64,000 nt of DNA from Amoeboaphelidium protococcarum X5 (taxonomy: Eukaryota; Fungi; Aphelidiomycota): the NCBI GenBank assembly GCA_023515725.1, contig JALDTO010000206.1:201952-265951 (forward strand), in the 5' to 3' direction. The first letter of the stretch is position 1. Every line of letters begins with the position of its first letter. This document shows positions 56,839 to 64,000 of the stretch, in pieces. Both the position numbers and the translations under genes were made by a program. The notes beneath the pieces are model-generated. The model was not told where the DNA came from. It searched no databases and worked only from the letters and a program-made list of their open reading frames with translations.

Positions 56839-57630
56839 TTTGATTTTTGATTTTGATTATGGACGCGTTGATTTTCGTTGTTATTCTTCAGTAGAAGTTT
56901 CTTTCAATAAAAGAGATAATTGTAAGCTGACAAAAGAAATGAGAAGGGCCATGACCGAATGTAAAGTTATCTGTTAATCTAAGTACGGGTATCTTATTGG
57001 CCATGACACACTTACGTGGCACAAATCGATCTCGGCCAAGATTGTGTTTCAATCGGAGCCAATCAGAAGCGCGCGATCTTGGTCTCAAAGTCTGCTGCTA
57101 AGAACTCCTTATAAAGATGTGGTCAATATCTTGTCGTCTTGTGTGGTAAGTATTTTGGTATCAATATTTTAATGTCATGTGCGTAATTTAAATAAAACGC
57201 GTGACTGTGGAATGGTCGGAAAATAGAAACATCGAAAGTTCAAGTAGTTTGAAGAATAGAACAACGTTCATTGTTTGAATAATGCTAACTGATCGCTCGT
57301 ATTAGCCCATATCTGATCAATATTTGAAATTTGAGGAAGCCAGATTTTAATGATATCAACACCAGATAAGACTCAAGAGTATTTTAGAATATGTCTCATC
57401 ACTCTGGGCAATATTAGAGGATATCACCCACTCCTTGTTACGTCTACCTTTACGACTTGAATGAACGAAATTCGGTCAATCAGAGATCAGATCAATTTAT
57501 CGATCGGAACAAATGCAAAGCCAGTTCAATTTATCATCATTGTTCCCCTTTTGCGCACATTGTTATCATCAAACTTGACTTAATTAAGTTTTTTCTGAGA
57601 AGCTAAGGCGTTAAAGTTAAATATACTGAA

Positions 57631-58710
57631 ATGTAAGGACTGAGTGGAAGCAGCAAATTCTCAGTATAATGGCTTCCTCCTATATTCTGTTATTGTTTGG
57701 CCTCGATATCCATGACTTTGACGAACAAGCTGGTCTTATCGTCTTTCCAGTTCAAGATGCCTTTTCTAATGCTTTCCGTGCAGTCTATTACCACTCTCTG
57801 TTTACTGGAGTTATCTGTGTTTATTTAGCTTGTAAAACCTCACCGGCCGCTGAACAATGTTGATGTCCGCAGGTGGTTTCCCATCTCTGTCCTTATGGGC
57901 GTCATGCTGTTCACTGGCAGTAAATCGCTTTAATATCTCAGCGTGCCTATATTCACAATCTTCAAGAATCTCTCTATTATACTCGTCGCTTTTGGTGAAG
58001 TTAAACTATTCGGAGGTAAAGTGAGCCCACTGATGCTCTGCTCCTTTCTGTTGATGGTGATTTCCTCTATTGTCGCAGCTCACTCTGACTTTAGCGCGTT
58101 TAAGAATAATAAAGATATGACAAGTGAAGATAGCAGGCAGTTGATAGCTGGATATATGTGGATGTTGGTCAATTGCTTCTCATCCGCGTCTTTTGTACTA
58201 TTTATGCGATACTCCATGAAGTATGGCTCGAGTACTTAAATGGAAGGCACTAAGCCAAACGCGCCTGGTAGTCCATTTAAAGATTTTGACACTGTATTCT
58301 ACAACAACATGCTCACAGCGCCTCTATTTCTGGTAATGTCTTTACTAGGAGCTGATGGAGATTTAGGTGCTTTTTTTGATTACTATTTCTCCCAGTCACC
58401 CACAGATGATAACAATGATCGGGCGGTGGAGAGGTATCATTTATTGTATGCATTGGTATTTAGTGGATTTAGCGCGTATTGGATTTCGTGGGCAAGCGCG
58501 TGGTGTATAAGGGCGACTAATTCCACCACTTATTCCATGGTCGGTGCTCTTAATAAGCTCCCCATTGCCCTATTTGGACTCCTCTTCTTCCCTGATGCGA
58601 ATAAGAACGAATTTACGCGTGGTCTCTCCATCTTCCTTGGCTTTATGAGTGGTGTGCTCTACACTTACGCTAAAATTTAGTAGGATAAACAGTCTAAAGA
58701 ACATTAATGA
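57631..58710 (+). CDS. VRG4: Golgi GDP-mannose transporter (359 aa)
   Basis: [47 protein letters not shown]. Confidence 0.93.
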
Positions 58711-58860
58711 ATTTTTGCATCTTCAGTGATAAATAGTGTATGAACTTTCTGTTAAAAAACTTGTTTGAATTTCCTGCCTGTAACGAATATGTCATTTTTA
58801 AGCTTTTCACTTTAAAATTGACCAAAATTGATTTAGATCATAAACGCGGTATATATAGGT

Positions 58861-61095
58861 ATGCTCAAGCTTGGCCGTGTATCAAGATGTCGCAGATATT
58901 TCTCTGATATGCCAGATATTAGTCATCCTAAATGGAGCCGGAGAGAGAAGCTGAGTGAGATGAATTTTGCCAACAAAGGTAAAGGTGGATTTCGCGTGAT
59001 GAAGTCGTTGTAAATGAACACGAAAGATGCTCCACGTCTTTAGTAGCAAGAGAGGCTCCCCAGCAAGAAGACAAGGCTAAATTTCTCTGATGATAAACTT
59101 CCTTCACAGTATTAAAGTCTTTATCAAAGTGTATCTGCACCTCTGTTATCGCTCTAACGCGCTCAGCAAAATATCAAAGATGGATCTGTGCCAATGGATG
59201 GTTCTTACATACAACAAGAGGAATATAGTAGTAGTGATGCGTCGTTGCCACGTACAGATTCTGATATTTCATTACTATCAGCTGATTAGAATACATATAC
59301 CATGACTGATAGTATGATCACCACTCAAGTGAAAGATATATCGTCATAATCAGTATTAATTAATCTTAAGAATGCAGTTGAAAATGGGTAGAAAATCGAC
59401 GTGTCAGATGTTAATCATCTGATGGATGTGTATGCTAATGAAAATGATTTATAAATGGTGACTAAACTATATGGTCAACTGATGACTGGATAGGATATAA
59501 AGCTTTAGAATGGCATTTCCTTGGGTGTATTACAAGCTGATATCAAATCTTACGGAATCGTAATTAAATGTCTGGCTAACAATGGAATGGCCCATGACGC
59601 GTTCAAGATTTATGATTTATTAAAGACTCGCATAAAGACTGACCATTCATTGACTGGATACATACCACGGCAGATTTATTCATCTCTTATAAAAGCTTGT
59701 ACTCGAGCTAATGATGTGAGCCGCGCCATTGGAGTATTTGAGCATTTTAAATCATCTGGTCTTCAACATTCAGCGGATGGTGCTTCTGGTGTTGGTAACG
59801 CGGCACTGCATATCAAAGAGAGACCGGATGCCATCATGTATTAACAGATTATTCACGCGTGTGCAAAGTCTGGTTAAGTTGAAAGAGCTTTTGGCTACTT
59901 TGATGAGATGCTTCGCTCTGTGGATGATTCTGGTCGCGCTCTTGTCCCACTATAAAGCACTTTTAATGCTCTTATTCACGCCTGCGCCAAGAACGTTCGC
60001 TCTAGTTCCAAGTTTGGCTTTAGAAAAGCTTTTGAGTTGTCGGAGGTTATGCAGGAAGTTTATGGCATGAAATTGGATGTGGTATCCTTCGAGTATCTTT
60101 TGATGGCATGTGGTTAGCAAGGAGATGTCAGACGTGCAAAAGCTTTGATATCATAGATGGAAAGTGATGCTATACCTGTTCGGTAGCAAGCAGTATTATG
60201 GACACTTAACGCGTACTCTCAGTCTCCTGCTCTAATAACTCAACTGCATTAGTATCAAAAATTGTACAAAAGGCGATTAGAATTCGACCAAGAGTAATTT
60301 AAAAGTCAGATTGGTCTGCTTAATTCCTAGCGCTTTGAATAGGGAATGCGTCCTATTGACGTGTCTGAGTGGATGTTGGATGGTTCTAATTATCAAGTGG
60401 ACCGAAAGTTGGAGAATAATGACCAATCTGATCAACTCGGACACGATCTCGTATAGCTTCAAAATTACATACTTGACGGCCACTAAGAAGCAGGTAGGAT
60501 ATCGCGGCTATTTGAGGAAGGACAGCAAATGTTTGATCACTATCTCACTTAATCCTCGCAGGTTAATACTCATTTACTGAATGGATACTTGAACTTTCTC
60601 GGCGAGTATTGTTAAAAGAAAAAGGTAATGCAAGCGTATCAAAGTTTGTATGATCAGCATCAGTGTCAGAAGGATATTAATACGTATGGCAGAGTGATGC
60701 AGCATTGGTTCCGTAGTAAAGTGGTCTTCAATGATTAGGCTGACTTTGGTGATGAAGATATTATACAGAGAAAACAGTTGGTAGAGTTTGCCTTGTCGGT
60801 TTATAAAGATTATGAATAGTATCGATAGAAATCATCATATCCACCAAGATGGACTCTTCTTAAAGATAAACATAAGAAGGTGGAATACGGCAACCTTGGT
60901 ATTGGGCAAGTAGAATAGCTTAAAGAGTATAATCTGATGAAAAATTTGATCTTGGGCCTGACAAAGTGTGACGAACAGAAGATTGCCATGAAATTGCTCA
61001 AGTAATTTGCAGATCGCCGCCATTTCGTTGATCGCTCGAAAGATCCTCTCCTGTACAAAGTATCTCAACTGTTGACGCGCAACCACAAGCTTTGA
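58861..61095 (+). CDS. Mitochondrial pentatricopeptide-repeat protein (744 aa)
   Basis: Basic leader; repeats SYGIVIKCLANNG, YSSLIKACTRAND, YQQIIHACAKSG, FNALIHACAKN, FEYLLMACGQQG. Confidence 0.85.
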
Positions 61096-61188
61096 ATGGT
61101 ATAAGTTGATAGAATATTATATTAAAAAGGATTATTAAATCGTAAGATCAATTTTGAGCAAAAGTACTATATTATTTTGTGTGATTAA

Positions 61189-62004
61189 TCAGAAAGACTT
61201 CTTCTTCTCATCCAAACTCATAGCACCTGGACCCATGCTGAACAAGAGCAACAGTCCACCCATAATGGATAAAGTCTAGAAGAAATCATACTTTAAGAAG
61301 TCTCTGTGCGGATGATTGTGATGCAAAGACCACCAGTTGTTCAAAATAACGTTGGCGATACACAGAACCACCACAAGGAACAAAGCACTGTACTTGGCTT
61401 TGAACCCAACCACGACCATAAGAGCTACACCGAATCCCACCAGACTCATCGTCACTCTGAAGAAGGACATCTCACCTGCAAATAGGAATGACAGAAATAG
61501 CGCGACCAGGAGCACACGGCCAGCCAGCTGTAGATAGTGCGTCTTCTTCTCCTCAGTCATGGATGGCAGGCCGGCGAACAGATCCTTCTTCTTCATCAAC
61601 GACTCACTCAGCAACATCAAAAGACCACCGATAACTGACAGATTTCTAATAAAGAAGGTAAAGTCAAAGAACAGACCGTAGCCAATACTCTACAAGAGTA
61701 CAGTCGCAGCTAGCATACCGACAGCGATAGTGGTGAACTTTTTCATCATGACCAGTGCAGAACCGCCCAACATGAGGCAAATGTTCACAATCAGAAATAG
61801 TTCAGCGATTCCCCAGGGAATATGCTAATAATTTTGCAGATAGTACAGCTAGTCTGACCACTGGCTCATAATTCTCAGCGAGTCCTCCAAGAAGGTTACA
61901 ATCAACAAGAACCTGGCAATAGACGGAATGTAAGGCTTCACTGGCTGGGCCAAGCTGTCCAGAACTTCTTCAACTTTGGCTGAAATTTCCGAAACTTGAT
62001 CCAT
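61189..62004 (-). CDS. ERV29: ER cargo receptor Erv29/SURF4 (271 aa)
   Basis: ARFLLIVTFLEDSLRI, RNLSVIGGLLM, RDFLKYDFF(TAG=Q)TLSIMGGLL, dilysine tail DEKKKSF*. Confidence 0.95.
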
Positions 62005-62400
62005 TATTGTTCTTATTTTATAGATTGTAAGTCACCAGCAGATTAAATAAACTATTTTGCTTATCAACTGATAATAAATGCTAAAATGAGATAGAAGAAA
62101 TAAAAGTTGCCACAAGTTCAGCTAGGAAATGTCGCGGACAAATTCCTTTCTTCTCTGTCTCTCTCCACCTGTCGCCGCTCGCCTCGCTATGATCTTTTGC
62201 GCTCCACTGTAGTTTCGTTCCATTGATGCTTGTGTTTAAAGTATCTACAAAAGTCAATCCGCCCAAACACGCTTCTCATCAGAAAGAGATGCGCGTCTTT
62301 GAGAAATAGTCCATTATAGTTGAGATAAAGTTGTTGATTAACTATTGCTCACTTTATAGTGATAAAGAACTGACAAAAACTGCAAAAAGAAGAACAATCA

Positions 62401-63399
62401 TCATTGTACTTTTAGCTCATTCAGTGCGTAAGATAGTCTTTCTTTACGAATATATATGTAGTATAGAGCGTTGAGAACAGAGTCTGAGATATCGTCCTTC
62501 TTACTGGCGCCATTCCACGCGTCCAAAAAAGAGCGGTCAAATTTGATAATCTCATCTGAATTCGTAACTAGATGGCCCACTATTCCGATCGCCATCTTCT
62601 TTTTATTTGTCTATTTCGCACTGCTGCTTTACTTTTTTATTGTGACTTGCTGCATGTCAACCTTGTCATCATCATCATTAACTTTAACAGGTTTAGGATT
62701 TAATTGCATAAATTCAGAGACATTTTTAGCAGAGACTGAAAACGCGTACGGATACAATAATGCATGTAACTAACTTTCTAGAATCATACAGGGAACATTG
62801 TAAGTCATCAGCTACTGTTCAATTATGTAATGAGTATCTAAACTCCTTGGCAATTAGAGCTACAAGGCAGCCGCTTTCAAATCTGATGTCAACTTTCGCA
62901 TCTATTGCGCATAAACATGAAGCCAATTCCGAGGCATTTAAACCAGCTCTTTATTAGATTATAGACAAGTATCATGAAATGATACACCGACATCACGAGG
63001 CGTAAAAGAGCATACAGAATATGAGAGATTTTACAAGCCAAGATCCACAGATACTAATACACGCCGCGATTAGCTCTTTTAAAATTCGACACCACTGATA
63101 CCTTTTAAATCGGACAGTGAATCCATAAGCGACTCAGTAATCATTGACACTTTATCAGACTTTCGATAAATAGTTTACGGCAATCTTATCTAAAGCCTTC
63201 TGATAACATCATTCAATTGAACACTGGGCAATATCAATAGTTGATTCCTCAGGCGTTACTCAACGCTGGAATGTAACGAAATAGAATCTAATTAACTATT
63301 TTTAGTTATCAAACTATGTTATGAAGTTAACATATCTTTCAGACGCCAAGCGATAGATTTAAATAGCAGTTTATTATGCTATGAATTTAGACTCGCCAT
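62401..63399 (-). CDS. CCE1: Mitochondrial RuvC-like Holliday junction resolvase Ydc2/Cce1 (332 aa)
   Basis: LVSVDLGLQNLSY, YIIEQQ, ILESQLHALL, KKDDISDSVL catalytic motifs; 999-nt table-6 ORF. Confidence 0.8.
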
Positions 63400-63587
63400 A
63401 CTATGGTGCTCCTTTCAGTTAAATACAAGAATCTCTAAAACTTGAAACAAAGAGACTCACACAGCGAGAAAAAGAGAGAGAGCAAACACAGTAAAATATA
63501 AAATAAAGGAGCAAGCTGCTTTTCCATAACGCGCGCGCGAGAGACTCCCAGTCGTCGCCGAATAAAGTAGCAGCCGCCACCGGGGAA

Positions 63588-63593
63588 AGAGAA

Positions 63594-63627
<34 letters not shown>
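63588..63627. repeat. (GA)n microsatellite
   Basis: About 15 consecutive GA units. Confidence 0.9.
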
Positions 63628-63631
<4 letters not shown>

Positions 63632-63757
63632 GAACAGTTGACCGAAACCTTTTCGCTGAAATTCTAAAAAATCGCACGATCGTCGCCGTCAAAAGTCGTG
63701 AAAGATCAAGTAGAAATCCATCCACAGCTCGCCGTATTCCTTCTTCAATCAACTACT

Positions 63758-64000
63758 GATGGGCGGCCATTGAAAGTTCTGCAGACGGATAATGGGAAAG
63801 AGTTTCAAAACAATCGCATCACAAATTGGATGAATGATCATAACGTTACATCACAGTATTGTGAGAAGGATGATAGGAAGTGTTTAGGAGTAGCAGAGAG
63901 ATTCAATCGCACTATCAAACTAATGATTGAAAAGTATTTAACAAGTAAGAATACAAATAGATGGGTTGACAAGTTGCAAGACTTTGTTCAAAACTACAAC
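63758..64000 (+). mobile_element. rve integrase core fragment, Polinton/Maverick-like; 5'-truncated and runs off the window
   Basis: LQTDNGKEF...GVAERFNRTIKLMIEKYLTSKNTNRWVDKLQDFVQNYN. Confidence 0.82.

Overview
Gene-dense eukaryotic nuclear DNA from an early-diverging fungus-like organism, with short spliceosomal introns and a non-standard genetic code. TAA and TAG encode Gln and TGA is the only stop (translation table 6). This code is established for the aphelid Amoeboaphelidium protococcarum, which is my best guess for the source (inference). The supplied ORF track uses the standard code, so it fragments nearly every gene. Re-read under table 6, the window holds about 36 intact genes. These include PPE1, BUB3, TMA16, ARL2, ARF1, a GH15 enzyme, PIK1, MRI1, SKP1, NSE4, TMEM41, ABZ1, ATP10, cytochrome c, GUF1, B12-dependent methylmalonyl-CoA mutase, CIA1, SBA1, VMA3, IMG2, an FYR-domain protein, an aldo-keto reductase, eIF3e, a Uds1-domain protein, Derlin, an amino-acid transporter, a GT10 fucosyltransferase, a GPI protein, VRG4, a PPR protein, ERV29 and a YDC2 resolvase. 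Accessory content: a four-copy family of ~580-aa putatively secreted orphan proteins with an F-box-like motif, a Crinkler-like gene between direct repeats, a stand-alone PD-(D/E)xK nuclease, a tandem pair of orphan membrane proteins, a Gln-rich PSAP/PPxY protein, an intronic U54-like C/D snoRNA, a copia RNase H relic and a Polinton-type integrase fragment. All 23 coding-region introns I could place end in TGTAG. Translations and coordinates were worked out by hand and may be off by a few bases.
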